A stretch of DNA of 64,000 nt from the human T2T-CHM13v2.0 reference genome, Homo sapiens. Location of the stretch: assembly GCF_009914755.1 (NCBI RefSeq), contig NC_060934.1. The stretch is one strand, 5' to 3'. Made by a program: the position numbers and the translations under genes. This document shows positions 28,721 to 45,928 of the stretch, in pieces. Positions within the stretch are counted from its first letter, which is position 1. The number at the start of each line of letters is the position of its first letter. Under the pieces are notes generated by a model. It did not search any database and was not told the origin of the DNA. It saw nothing but the letters and a program-made list of their open reading frames with translations.

Positions 28721-29672
28721 AAAGAGGAAATTGAGCATGAAATGAGCCTTTGCCTGGAATAGGCCTTCATTTGGTGCTTGTGCCCTACTTCTAGGGCACA
28801 ATGCATGGATAGTCGTATGGCATTTTTTGAAAATAACTCATGCACTAAAATAATGTTAAAACTTTACGTTCAGATTTTGCACATTGTAAGCAATGTGAGG
28901 GTGGAATAAAGTACCTGAGAACAGATGTGGGAGGCCAGAATAATTTTTTTTAACCATGTTTGAACAGCTCCAAGTTAATTAAACCACTTTTCTTAAGAGA
29001 CATTAAGAGGCCATTTTAGGATTTATTTGAAATTTCTCAAGTATGCTTATTCAAACATTACTCATTCCAGCTCAACTCCCAGCAACTTCTTGAGACCTTC
29101 TCCATAATTCTGACCCATTCAGGGCTCTGCTTTCTCTGAACTTAAAGGCAATTCTACAGAATTTAGCATTTGATTCTTTTCTAATTTCTTCCTGAGTTTC
29201 TCTGCCTAGATGATAAGCTTTTTGATAGCAAAACTTTATTTTTTATTTTTCTTTTCTTCCAGACACATAGCAGAAACGCAGCAAATGACAATTGCTTGAT
29301 TGGTTGATGGAGAGATATTAATAAAGTGTCTTTCCAGCCACTGTGAAACTGCTATTTGGGATTGTCCTTGCTGTGTGCAACACTTCTCTGGAACGCTGCA
29401 ATGGATTAAAAGCAGTTTCTAGTCAGCACTCATGTAAGACATAGCAGGTTAATAGGCTTTAATTCTCTATCCCGTGTATCAAAGGAGGGGAATGTAGTCC
29501 TAATTTATTGGGGTCCGCAATGATAGCTAGGCAAGTGCTTTGTGTTATTGTTGAATCTGAATGAATGACTGGACTCTGGGGCTCAGACAGCCTTCTTGAC
29601 TCAACCTCCAAGGCAAGCCAGGGCTGCAGGTGCCAATCTCTAAACCCAATTTAGAGATTGAGTGATGTAAGC

Positions 29673-29836
29673 AGAGTGATTAGATTTAGCACGTGAAAAT
29701 ACAGCATGCCCAGTTACCTCTGAATTTCAGATAAACAACCATGCAATACTTGGGACGTACTTAAACTACAAAAGTATTCACCGTTTTGCTACAGTTCAGA
29801 TGTAACTGTGTGCCATGCATTTTCTCTGGCCACTCT
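29673..29836. mobile_element. MER53 palindromic hAT MITE
   Basis: agatttagc..aaaatacagcatgcccagtta..tgaatttcagataaacaac and the complementary arm ending tctggccactct. Confidence 0.82.
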
Positions 29837-30789
29837 TCATATAATCCCATTCCTCCTATTTCTCCAGAAATCTAGGCTCTTCATTAACTCTCAAATGAGC
29901 TGGACTAAAAGAAAATGTTTATGAGCATGTGATTGATTCCAATTGCAAATTAAAACAATTTTTCCAAAAAGGGAAAATCTACGTGATGCCTACTTTTTGT
30001 GGGCATATTCTTTTAGGTAGATCCAATAATGATAATGCCGTGATTTGTAGGATCTTGGTAGTCTCAAGTTAAGCTCTCTTGGTTTCCTTGGTGGCATAGT
30101 TTATTTTCATATGCTGTATGGCTGGTAGTATCTTGCTCAGACCACGTAGAAACTATGGCTGACAAATAATTAGACTCTATTCTTTGGAATCAGGTGGAAG
30201 GTGAATTTAGTATAATCTATTGTTTTAGCTCCTGCAAAACAACTGCATTAACTACTACAAGCTGTAGAATTCAAAGGAAAGCTTTACCAGTCTTTGTTAA
30301 TTATCTTGTTCTCTTTCATCTCAAAAAGAAGATAATATTCTTGTTTGTTTTCCACCTTATAAACTTCTTTCGCGGGGAAGACATCACACATTTAGGAAAA
30401 TGGTTTCCGTTTTTCCTAACTAAATAAGGTTTCTTGCTGTTTAGCGGCAACAGCCTTTCAATATCATTCATTCATTCAGCAAGCATTTATTCAGCAGATC
30501 TGTGCTAGGCACCAGGAGCAAACAAAATGAATAATGTAGTTCTAGCTTTCAAGAGGTTCACAAGAATCTGCGTGTTCTGTGCTTGTCTTTAAATGGTTCA
30601 GCAGTCATTTCAATGAGAGGCTTATGGTAAGAGCTAATTATCACCTTGAGTAATGAAATCATTTTTTTTTCTGTCACATGCTTTAAATAATGTCAAGCCT
30701 TACATTCTGAGCAGAAACTGCTCTTAATGGATAGTGCCAACGGCTAGAATTCGGCTGTTTCCTTCTGCCCTGGTTCTTGAGTTAGAACT

Positions 30790-31148
30790 TGGTTATTCAG
30801 AGTGCAGTCTGCAGATTGGCAGTACCGATATCTCCTGGGAGCTGGTTGGAAATGCAGCCTTCGAGGCCCCAAGCAAACCTGCTGACGCAGGGCCTGCAGT
30901 GGGGCCAGACCCCCAGGCGATTCATCTGCACGTTGAAGTTTGAGCAGCGCTGGTCTAACACAGTATTTCTCAAGCTCTAGTTTACACGTGTAGATTATCT
31001 GAGCATCTTATTACAATACTGATTCCTGGGCTCTGCCCTCAACTTGTGTACTCTGTGCTTGTCGTGGGGCCTGATAATTTGCATTCCTGCTAAGCTCTTT
31101 GTAGATGCTGGTGCTGCCTGTTTGAGAACCACACTTTGAGTAGCACTG
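30790..31148. mobile_element. Two adjacent MER5A-family MITEs in opposite orientation (about 30790-30952 and 30961-31148)
   Basis: tcctgggagctggttggaaatgca...aagtttgagcagcgctg, then cagtatttctcaa...accacactttgagtagcactg. Confidence 0.8.
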
Positions 31149-31715
31149 ATCTAGTTTGCTTGGGAAGCTGAAGTGACATTTGGTAGTGGGGTGGGGTGGG
31201 GGGACATGAACCCCAGTGAGGGAGTCAGGTTGGTTTTTTTTTTCCTTACACTGGACCCATGGACATGCCAGAGAAACTGTTCCCTGGAACATATATATTC
31301 TCCAGTGTCTCACCAGGTCTCCCTGCTCCCTGACATATGCCTGTCATGGGGGATAGATTTTCATATAATTAAGTGGTCAGGCAAGTCCGTGATGGCCACT
31401 GGGAGACAACAGAAGAGGGAATAATTCTGCCCAGTGGCTCAGCCCTCTGAGTTGGGCTCTACAAGATAATAGGTTTGGCCCATTTCTGGGATTCACATGA
31501 AGCAACAATTGTTAATCCACTCTTGCTAAACTGTAGGGTATTGAGCCTTAGGAACGAAGAGGAATGGAGATCAGGGAAGGACTGTTAGGAAATGGGTCTG
31601 GAAAAAGTCTGGGGACAACATTGTGAAGTCTGAAATCTTTTTGTTCAGGAGTTTGGATTCTGTTTTGTAACTTTTTGCTACAATGCTGTCTGTTTTGAAA
31701 CATTTTCCTATCTAA

Positions 31716-31829
<114 letters not shown>

Positions 31830-33967
31830 TAAGTACCTTGTTTGATTGATGAGTTTTGAACCAACTTGCAAACTCCAATGTCTAAAGGGATCAGGTGGGA
31901 AAAGAAGTGATTGAAGTGGGCCAGGTAAGGCAGTAGGGAGCAGGGAGGCCTGTGGGATACTAGAGAGGCCTGTATCCAACTAAAGACGGTGGGCTGCACA
32001 CAGGCGTCTACAGGCCTCCCTTGCACCAGCCTGCACTGCTGGGCTGGACTGATAACCTAGAGCTCAGCAGTGAATGTGACCTTCCTGTTGCAGGGTGTCT
32101 GTATTGCTTTCTAATATGCCAGGGCCAAATGTGGCTGCCTGAAGACACTTCAGTGGGCCCACTGTAAGGTACACTTTGCTCCTGTCTCTAGGAGAAACTC
32201 CCACCCTTGTCATCCTTTCCAGGGATGCCGGGGGAGGGAAGCAGATGGTAACTGTGTATACCCGTTTCTTCCCTTGTATTATTCCTTTGACAGATAACAG
32301 CACATGTGACTGAAAAGGGAATTCGTGCCAGACATAAGAGAAGTATAATTGGTGTCAGACCATGACATTATCCCCCTCATTAGATTATTTTTGCATTCCA
32401 TTAACACTGGAGATTACCAAAAGAGGGAAGAAATCAGAAAGCCAGATATTCAAATAAAGACTTTACTTGAAAATGCATTTTTAAAAATTTAGCTGAAATT
32501 AGCCTCCCTGCCTGCATAAATGCTTTACTCTAAGTGATAAGATTCCTAGGAATATCCCAGGGCTACATTTAGTAGAATTAACTGATAGAAACTGTGTCGG
32601 AATATTATGCTTTAACCATTACCTGAATAAATAAATGCTGGAACATCATAAGATTAAGTTTAATGACTGAGGAGATTTTTGTTGAACATTAGAATATAGA
32701 CTTAATTTCATGATTTATTAATGATTTTGAGACTTTGGATTGCTGAGGGTATGGAGAATTGATGATTAGGCTCACAATTTCTTTTCCATAGATTTTTCTT
32801 TTCCTTATGAATGTTTGAACAACACATTAACTTGGGATCATGTTAGGATGCAAATAAGTGTTCATCGGTGCATTTAGTTAACCTTTCATGATCTTCAAAA
32901 TATTTTTGTAGGTTATGATATTTTTGTATAAATATTTTAAAGCTGTCTATGCCAGAAGCATATGTATGATTTCTCTCTGTCAAATGGCAGTTCCAGGTGG
33001 TGACTAGCAGTTTTAGAGATTTGTATGTTATAGTCAGCCATGGTATAAGTCAAAGAAGTTTTTTTACTTCTTGGTTACCATGTTAACTCGAGTTACCTTT
33101 TCTAGTTCCTTGTTCTTCTGTTTGCGTTACACTTTGCCGTATTTCTGGTTTTTCCTAGAGAGAGCTAGTTCTCCCCAAATTTGGGAGCATGCCCTAGAAG
33201 TTCATGTGACTTTGCTTTATGCAATTTCTGCTCTATAAAGATGCAAGCACATCACTTTCTCATCAAATATTATTGCCTAATTGGAAGATTATGAGATTTC
33301 AGTGGCAACCAAATGCCCCGCAAAATGTTAGCTGTGTATTTAAATGTGTGTTTTTTCATTGGTAATGCAAAAACTACTAATCCTCAATCTAAAGCTATAT
33401 GGATCTACTTGTTTAAGTTTTGTGTTTATGGGACTATAACCAAATATCAGTTAAAGCACCTCAAATGTGTCAACCTCAGCTCTGCCTCTTTCTAGCCAGG
33501 GGAACTAGGGCAAATAACTGGGCTCTGAGTATCAGTTTCGATAATGGGAAAATGGGGATAATAATATTTTCATTAGAGGATTATAGTGATAGTGAAGGAG
33601 AAAAGTGTAGGAAGTAATCTCACAATATTAGGTCTTCAGTACACGTGGTTTCTCTATGGATATCTGTATCATTTCATCACTATGCCTCTACAGATGGTCT
33701 TTAATTTTATGAGATAAAGTTCAAGTCGATTTAGAATTTGCCTTTCTAAGCAACTTGGGGTTGTATACTACCAACAAAAGTTATCGCAAATATGGGTTGA
33801 CATAAAAACATAAAAATGTCTGGAACAAAACCAACCTCAGAACAAAGCCTGGAAGTCATATGAGGACACTGCTATCCCTGCCCTTCCCTGAGCTTTTTCT
33901 GTCAAGGAATTCCTCTTTCTTTTGTGTTAAGAAAAAAAAAACAAAAAACAAAAAACAAAACCTCATT

Positions 33968-34314
<347 letters not shown>

Positions 34315-35299
34315 TTAGTAATTCAGAGAGGAATTAGGGTGGGATTAACTGTTGGGGGACATCGTATGAGATTTGTCGAGCAAATTAATCACAAAATCCA
34401 GTTTAGAGGCAATGAATGTTTGAATTACCTAAGGAAAAAAAATTTGCGCAGTAGTTCAGAAGGTTTATTTATATAAAAAATTAGATATGCTAATTTAAAA
34501 AATGTTAAATTGTATCCTTTTTTATTGGTTCTCATTATACCAATCAACTTTATTGGGGTATCATTTACATACGAGTCACTGTATCCATTTAAATGGACAC
34601 TTCAGTGATGAACGTGAGAGAATCATACCCTTAAAGCCACCACCACTGTCAAGAGACAGAAAATTTCCATGCCACTCAAGACCCCTTCGACCCCTTCAAA
34701 GTCTTCTCTTCCTCATTCATGACCCTAGTCAACCAGTGACCTACTTTACTTACGAGAGATTATTTTATATTTTATAAAATATCATATAAATTGACTTATA
34801 TAGTATGTACCTTTTGTGTCTGGCTTATTTCACTCATCATTATTTTGACATTCATCCATGTAGCATGTCTCAGTGGTTCATTCCTTTTTATTGCTGAGTA
34901 GTATTCCATTATTTTATGAATATTCCTCATGTTTTAAACTTTTGTATTTATAGACACTTGGGTGGTGCCCAGTTGGCGGACTCTATCGAGTGAAGTTGCT
35001 GTGAACGTTCACGTACAGGTCTTTGTGTGCATGCATGTTTGAGTAAAGACCTAGGAGTGGAATGAATGGGTCATATGGTAGATGTTGCATTCAACTTTTT
35101 AATAAACCGTCTGACAGTTTTCCAAAGTGGTTGTACCGTTTTGCTTTTTTTTTTTTTTTTTGGCCAGCGGTATGTGTCAGTTCCTGTTGCTCTACATTCT
35201 TGCTAGCCCTTGAGATTTTCACTTTTAGCCATTCTAATGGGGTGTAGTGATATCACAGGGTGGTTTTAATTTGCATGTCTCGATGATGAATCATGTTGA

Positions 35300-36053
<754 letters not shown>

Positions 36054-36769
36054 TGAAATTATACAACATGTGATCTTTCGTGACTAGATTCTCTCTCTCA
36101 GCTTATTGATTACAAGATTAATCCATATTGTATCATGTATCAGTACTTCATTCCTTTTTATTACCAAATAATATTTTATTATCTGGATATATCACATTTT
36201 GTTTCTCTGTTTTTCAGTTGATGGACATTTAGGTTGTCTCACTTTTTGGCTAATATGAATAATGATGCAGGCATTTTCATGTACAGCTTCTTTTGTGGAC
36301 TTGCTTTCATTTCCCTTGGGTATATACCTAGGAGTGAAATTGTCGGGTCGAATGATAGCTCTTTTTTTTTTTTTAACATTTTGAGAACTCATCAAACTAT
36401 TTTCCAAAATGACTGTACCATTTTACAATCCCATGAGCAACGTATGGGGATTCCAACTTCTCTACATCCTTATTAACACTTACTCTCTGTCTTTTTGACG
36501 ATAGCCATCCTGTGGGTGTGAAGTGGCATCTCAAGATTTCGGTTTGTATTTTCCTGATAACTAACGATTTTGAACATCTTTTCCCATGTTAGCCACTTAC
36601 ATATCTTCTTTGGAGATATGTATATATATATATATGGAGATATATATATACACGTATACACACACACATATATATATTAAAATCCTTTATCCTTTGTAAA
36701 ATTAATTTGTCTTTTATTGTTGTAAGACTGCTTTATATATTTTATATACAAATATCTTACCAGACATGA

Positions 36770-37229
<460 letters not shown>

Positions 37230-37261
37230 ACTGTCACCTAATTCTTAATGGTACCTTTTGA

Positions 37262-37686
<425 letters not shown>

Positions 37687-37911
37687 GCTTTTCTACCTAG
37701 GTATATTTCATGATCAATTTCAGGTTAATTTTATATGTATAGTATGAAGTAATGACAATATTCATTTTTGTCATAGGGCTATCCAGTTTTCAGCATCATT
37801 TGTTGTAAGTTCTCCAACTTTAGTTTTTTTATTTATTTGTTTTTTCCTTAAAATAGCTTTGGCTATTCTAGAGTATTTGTATTTTCATGTAAGTTTTAGA
37901 ATAGGCTTGCC

Positions 37912-38198
<287 letters not shown>

Positions 38199-38949
38199 TG
38201 CCTTTTTTAATGCTTGTGGGAATTTTGTTTGAGCTTATGTTGAATCTGTTTACCAATTTGAGGACAATTAACAGCTTAAAACATGTAGCCTTTTGATTAA
38301 TAAACGTAAGTGTTTTCATTTTATTTAGGTTTTTTATTGCTCTCAGTGACATTTTATAGTTTTCAGGATGTAGGTCTTCATATACTTGTTCAATTTATTG
38401 TGAAATATTTTTTATTCTATTTTCAATGGATCTTTATTTCATTTTTCCAGTTGCTTGCTGCTGCTAGCATATAAAAATATAATTGATTTTTGTGCATTAG
38501 CCTCTGATCTTGCTAAACTCACTTACTAGTTCCAGTGTTGTTTTGTGGATTTCTTACCATTTTCTATCTCAATAATCATGTCGTCTGAAATTTACATTAA
38601 TTCTAGTTAGTCCCTGAAGGAATCCTATTTGGTAAAACTTTGATAGTTTAGTTCTAAGTATTAGGTGTATTTTAATAGCATAATAATATGTCTTAAAATA
38701 TTTTGTGTTAGACATTTTGAAAATTCAAATTAGCCTCTCTTATTCCCTTTTTGCCTCCATTAGTTATCCAAATGAGTATAAAAAGAAAAAAGCAATGACA
38801 GAAAGCCCTGGATATATCAGAATTAACACTACTGGGAAAGTCTGTGGTTTGGTTTGAGGATTTTGTAGCCTGTATTATTTTTGGTTGTTGTATTTTTTGT
38901 TTTTGTTTGGCAAGGCTCAGTGGTTTACGCTCCTGAGAATCCATCTGTT

Positions 38950-39250
<301 letters not shown>

Positions 39251-39613
39251 TCATCTTTTCTGTCTGGGTCAGTGAGAAAGTGGAAAGAGTTTTTGTTTTT
39301 ATTTTGTTTTTGTTTGACTAAAGAGCTAAGAAAGTCTTTAGCTTCTAAATATATGAGGAGGATCTAAAACACAACATTTTGGAGGACTGTATTTTACAAT
39401 GTTTGTGCCTCGGAAAGTTTTAGTTTCCTAGGAAACAGCATCGTGGGCACTGAGATACAACAGGGGATGCTCAGCACCTTAATATTATTACCTGTCTAAT
39501 TGCTATTTCAATTCTGAGTATTGCAGTAGATTTGTTCCTGTACTGCTGCAGCAAGAGTCTTAATTGTTTCCAGGAGTCTATATTTAAATTTTATTTGGGT
39601 TTTTGGAAAAATG

Positions 39614-39614
<1 letters not shown>

Positions 39615-39645
<31 letters not shown>
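39615..39645. repeat. T31 mononucleotide run
   Basis: Direct count; not attached to an Alu. Confidence 0.95.
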
Positions 39646-39778
39646 CAGAATTCTGTTTTTGGAACATTCTGCTTTAGATAGTAGGAAGTCATTATGACAT
39701 AGGGAGAAGTGATAGATGGAAAGTCAGTTCGTTTGGAATTTATTTCTCATCTGACTTGACTTGTAGAATATTAATCCA

Positions 39779-40080
39779 GGGTCAGGCGCGGTGGCTCACG
39801 CCTGTAATCCCAGCACTTTGGGAGGCTGAGGCGGGTGGATCACGAGGTCAGGAGTTCAAGACTAGCCTGGCCAAGATGGTGAAACCCCGTCTCTACTAAA
39901 AATACAAAAATTAGCTCGGTGTGATGGCAGGTGCCTGTAATCCCAGCTACTCAGGAGGCTGAGGCAGGGAATTGCTTAAACCTGGGAGGTGGAGGTTGCA
40001 GTAAGCTGAGATCACACCACTGCACTCCAGCCTGGGCGACAGAGCGAGACTCCATCTCAAAAAAAAAAAAAAAAAAAAGA
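39779..40080 (+). mobile_element. Alu (AluSg-like)
   Basis: gatcacgaggtcaggagttc, ggccaagatgg; A20 tail. Confidence 0.93.
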
Positions 40081-40279
40081 ACATTAGTCCATATATTCGG
40101 AGATAAGAAAGGACACTGCCTCAACTCCTCCCCCTTTACAAGTGTAACAACTTAGGAAGTAAAATAAACTTCAGGCTGATACAATGCAAAGGATAAATCA
40201 GAAATATTTTTAAAAAGAAATAGATTATATTGCTGTGGAATAAGAACATATTTCCAGTAAGACTTCTATTTCCATATGT

Positions 40280-41550
<1,271 letters not shown>

Positions 41551-42710
41551 CTGATATGATCACCTGGGAATGTAATAATGGTTAGCATATCTCTTTACTC
41601 ATTTAGTCCTTACAGTAAACTCAGGAGTTACTGTGATCCCAGTTTTCAATGAGGAACCTGAGCAGAGAGGTTGGATCATTTACCCAAATCAGTGAGCAAC
41701 CCAGTGTATGCCCTTGACCAGCCTAATATGATACACTGATAGCATTTTCTAGGAAAAAAAGAACCTCGTAGGTACCATTAATGTGAATGGTTCAGTTTAC
41801 CTGGAAAATGATATTCGTTATGATTCAAGAAGTATTTAAAAAGCAGAGCTCACCAGAAAATATCCTATATTTTGTGGTGGTTTGTGAGGGGGAGTAAAGT
41901 TTACTCAGCAGTATCACAGGAATTCACTAGAACAATCTTGTTCCATTTACTACAATCATTATGTTTATTTCTTATATAATTTTTTACCAATGTTGTGAGT
42001 TTTTTACCAGTGTTGTGATTTCCTGCTGAGCTTGAAAAGCTAAGGACAAAACACCCATTCTTTAAAGAATATTAATTTGGTTCCTGGTACCCCCAAGGCA
42101 TGAAAATAGATCAGCCTCCAAGAGAAAATATGGTCTCTGTACTCTGTTGTCTTGTGCAGTAAGCTGTTTGCACAGTTCCCTGTTTGTGGGGGTCACCGCT
42201 GTTAGCTGTCGTGTGGATATTGTATTCATAATTCATAGTCTGTGTTCCCAGAAACAGTTTTAATTAGAACACAAATTATGACTCCCAATAGAAAGCCTTC
42301 TGTAAGTAGCCAAGCATAATAACGAAGAAAAAAATGTTTCCGAATATGACACCTTAATATATTTATATATAAATTACCAAAATCTTATCTTTGTTCACAG
42401 CAGATACTAATTGAACACCTAACAGGCCTGTGGTTTCTGCTGTTTAGCATTGCGGGGGTGGGAAGGGGCTTGGGGGATACAGACAAGACACAATCGATGC
42501 TCCTCAGTAGTGCTCCTTATAGAGAGGAGAGATTATAACCCTCGGAGGTTGCTTTCGTGAGGACAGTGCAGGGCACTCTGGGAGGAGACACCTTAAATGG
42601 AGGGTGATTAAGAGTCAGCCAGATGGAGGTGCTGCCACGAGATAGGTAGCTGGGCTCCAGGCAGAAGGGCAGGTACCACTAGAAGGGTTAGGGAGCCTGG
42701 GAGGGAAGAA

Positions 42711-42822
42711 GAGTCTGTGAGGGGCTCAGTCTATGAGGGGCTTTGTCTGAGAGGAGGGCTGAGTCTATGAGGGACTTTGTAAGGAGAGCTCAGTCTGTGA
42801 GGGTTTGGTCTGTGAGGGATTT
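42711..42822. repeat. Degenerate ~16-bp minisatellite
   Basis: Six to seven copies of agtct(g/a)tgagggg(ct). Confidence 0.8.
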
Positions 42823-43137
42823 AATCCATGAGTGGTTTTGTCCTGTAGGAGTTCAGTCTGGCTGGGGTCAGTGGTAATGTGACATCTTGGTGGGAGTTAT
42901 GGCTGGAGATGCCAGCAGAAGCTAACTCAATACCTCTGGTTGCTACTGCTGCTGCTTTGTCCTTCTCCGGACTAACGATTGAATATGCTTTGTTCTTTAT
43001 TTTTTCTGCCACTGGAAAACCTGCTGATACATAAAAGATTTAGAGAGTTAAGAAGATAAAGAAAAAAAAAGGCATAATCTGGAGCCAGTCTTACTAGGTT
43101 CAACTGTATGAAGTTGCCAGTACATAATCATGTTTTT

Positions 43138-43788
43138 CAAGGTCTTCTTTTTTAATGTAAGCATTTATAGCTATAAATTTTCCTCTTAGCACTGCTTTTG
43201 TAGCATTCCATACATTTTGGTATGTTGTGTTTTTATTTATCTTAAGATATTTTCCCTTGTGATTTCTTCTTTGACCCAGTGGTTGTTTAATAGTATGTTA
43301 ATTTCTGTCTGTCCCTGAATTGTTTAGTTTTCCTTCTACAGTTGATTTCTAGTTTCCTTTTATTGTGATTGGAAAGATACTTTGTATGATTTCAGTCTTT
43401 TAAATTTTATTGACACTATTTTGTGGCCTAACATATGGTCTACCCTGGAGAATATTCCACACGAACTTGAGAACAATGTGTATTTTCCTGTTGTTGGATG
43501 AAGTGCTCTGCATATATCTGTTAGGTCCAGTTGTTCTCCAGTGTCATGCAGGTCTTCTGCTTCCTCACTGGTCTTATGTTTGGTTGTTCCATCCATTATT
43601 GAAAGTGGGGTATTGAAGTCTTGTAGAGCTATTTCTCCCTTCAGTTCTGTTGATGTCTGCTTCATATATTTTGGAGCGCCAATGTTTGGTGCATGTATGG
43701 TTATATTTGTTATGTCTACTTGGTGAATTAACACTTTTATCATTATATAATATCCTTCCTTGTCTCTTATAACAGTTTTTGACTTTTT
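43138..43788 (-). mobile_element. Internal L1 ORF2 (endonuclease-domain) fragment with TSD
   Basis: ORF 43360-43743 reads IHAPNIGAPKYMKQ...DFNTPLS...LDLTDI.R.LHP...SRVDHMLGHK; flanked by ataatcatgttttt on both sides. Confidence 0.92.
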
Positions 43789-43812
43789 ATAATCATGTTT
43801 TTAATCCAATAA

Positions 43813-44088
43813 TTTTTTTTTTGAGACAGAGTCTCACACTGTCACCCAGGCTGCATCTTGGCTTGCTGCAACCTCCGCCTCCCAGGTTCGAGTGATTCTC
43901 CTGCCTCAGACTCTCGAGTAGCTGAGATTACAAGCATGCACCACCATGCCCAGCTAATTTTTGTATTTTTAGTAGAGACAGGGTTTCACCATGTTGGCCA
44001 GGTTGGTCTCGAACTGCTGACCTCGTGATCTGCCTGCCTCAGTCTCCCAAAGTGCTGGGATTACAGATGTGAGCCACCGCACCCGGTC
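43813..44088 (-). mobile_element. Alu (AluS-like) with a small internal deletion
   Basis: TSD tccaataattttt. Confidence 0.92.
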
Positions 44089-45824
44089 CAATAATTTTTG
44101 ACTTAAACATTTTCACACTACTTTTCTAAATACCATCTTACGCATTTTAGCCAATATGAGTGACAGTCAACATCTTTCATCAAATATCTAATAAGTTCTT
44201 TAAGTATGTACAGTTTAAAAATTCCATACATTATATGAACAATTGTAACCTTTTTGAAAAGTTAGATCTGGTCGCTAATACTCAAATTTAAGAAGTCATA
44301 GAAAGTACATTAAGAGTCTGTTCATCCTTAGAATATAAAGCATCAATTTCAGAAACTATCCGTTTATTTACTTATACATTTATTTGATTTAAGGATATAT
44401 GTAATGTCACAAAGTCAGTAAGATGGGGCTAGTAAAATATATTAAAAAAATACGGATAGTATCACCATGGACTTCATTGCTTCTGACTCCCTAGTAGATA
44501 AAAACTTGGGGCTTATAAAAAGAGCACCTACACACTAATAAATTTCAGAATATATCAGATTAGGCATTCTAGTTTGAGATGTGCTTGAGTTGCATTTCTG
44601 TTTGATGACTTATTAAAGAAACAGCACTCTGCCCCAACCAAACTAATTTCCTCATGCCCTGCAAGTGCAGTGTATCCATTCCTGCTTTGGGTTTTCTCTC
44701 ATGTCTCCCAATTTCCATAATGCTCCTTCTATTCCTTTCAGTCATCTAGAATCTCTCTTTTCTTTTGCAGCACCACGACGGACTAAATCCCTCATAATCC
44801 GACCCAGGCTTCTGAATACCCATCTGCCTGGAGCACAGTCCCGCCCAGCACCCGGGCATATCCCCCTGGCTAATTCTCCATCATCCTCTCCTCAAGGGTG
44901 TCTGCTCCACCAGGGCTTTCCCTGTGATACCAAAGCATGCTGCATAATCCCCAAGGAAAGCAATCATTGCGAGTTACAGTGGCTCCTCTCTAAAATGTAA
45001 GCTACACATCCTCTCTCATCCCAGAAGCCCCAGCCACAGAAATTTTCTCTTTCCTAAAATTCTGTAACATCTTAAATCTGTACTAATCATTACACATCAT
45101 CATATTCATTCATTCACTCAACAAGTATTTATGGAGTCCCCACCATGGGAGAGATGAGGCTAGAGGTGTAAACTTCCTAGTGTTCCCGTTTGGAAGATTT
45201 TTGCCAGGCACCTGGAAAGAGATTTGGGGGAGATCTTGCAGAGTTTATATAGGAAATTAATTTAGGAATGTTGTTAATTGGTAAGAGCATTGAATGGACT
45301 GGAGTAGAGAGCCACAGAGTCTAGGCTTCCATTTGCTTCTCATGAGGTCTATGATAGCTCAGCGCCTGGTCTCTCTGGGTCTACCCAAAAAGCAGAGGGT
45401 TTTTAGTTGTTGTTTGTTTGTTTTAAATAGGCCTAAGGTTTCAGGTCTAAAATTCTGTGGTCTCGTGTTGTTGTTGTCCCCATTTTCTGAGTGTTAATCT
45501 CCATGAAACAAGCACAGATGTTAGAAATCCAGTTGTGTTTGCTGTTTGCTAGCAAAGTCTGTTTCCTGAGATGATATTTCCAAAACCAGATCTCATCTCT
45601 TTGAATCCTTGGAGGTTTATGAATAACGCATGTTGGTGATGATGCTGGCGTGGCAGCCCCAATGAATGTATGAAATTTGATGTTTCCCACGAGGAAGAAG
45701 GGGAGTGGCTGGGATTATTGAAAGGCTCTCTGGTTCTGGGTTTGAAGGAAGCATTTAGAATTCTGCTAGATCCCCTTTTGCTACATCCGGATGATTAATT
45801 TTACATCCTAAATCCTTGCTCGTG

Positions 45825-45928
45825 ATTGCTTGCACCCAGGAATTCAAGGTTACAGTGAGCTATGATGGCACCACTTCATTCCAGCCTGGGTGACAGAGTG
45901 AGACCATGTCTCAAAAAAAAAAAAAAAA
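45825..45928 (+). mobile_element. 5'-truncated Alu right-arm fragment
   Basis: ttgcttgcacccagg...ccagcctgggtgacagagtgagacc plus A16. Confidence 0.88.

Noticed and set aside
31188-31203. G-run cluster near the exon as a G4
   Set aside because: Only three separated G3+ tracts.
43360-43743. 127-aa endonuclease-like ORF as a functional gene
   Set aside because: Partial, degenerate L1 ORF2 lacking the N-terminus and RT.
44750-44770. Pyrimidine tract plus CAG acceptor
   Set aside because: The downstream sequence is not the next kinase exon and no convincing donor or frame was seen.
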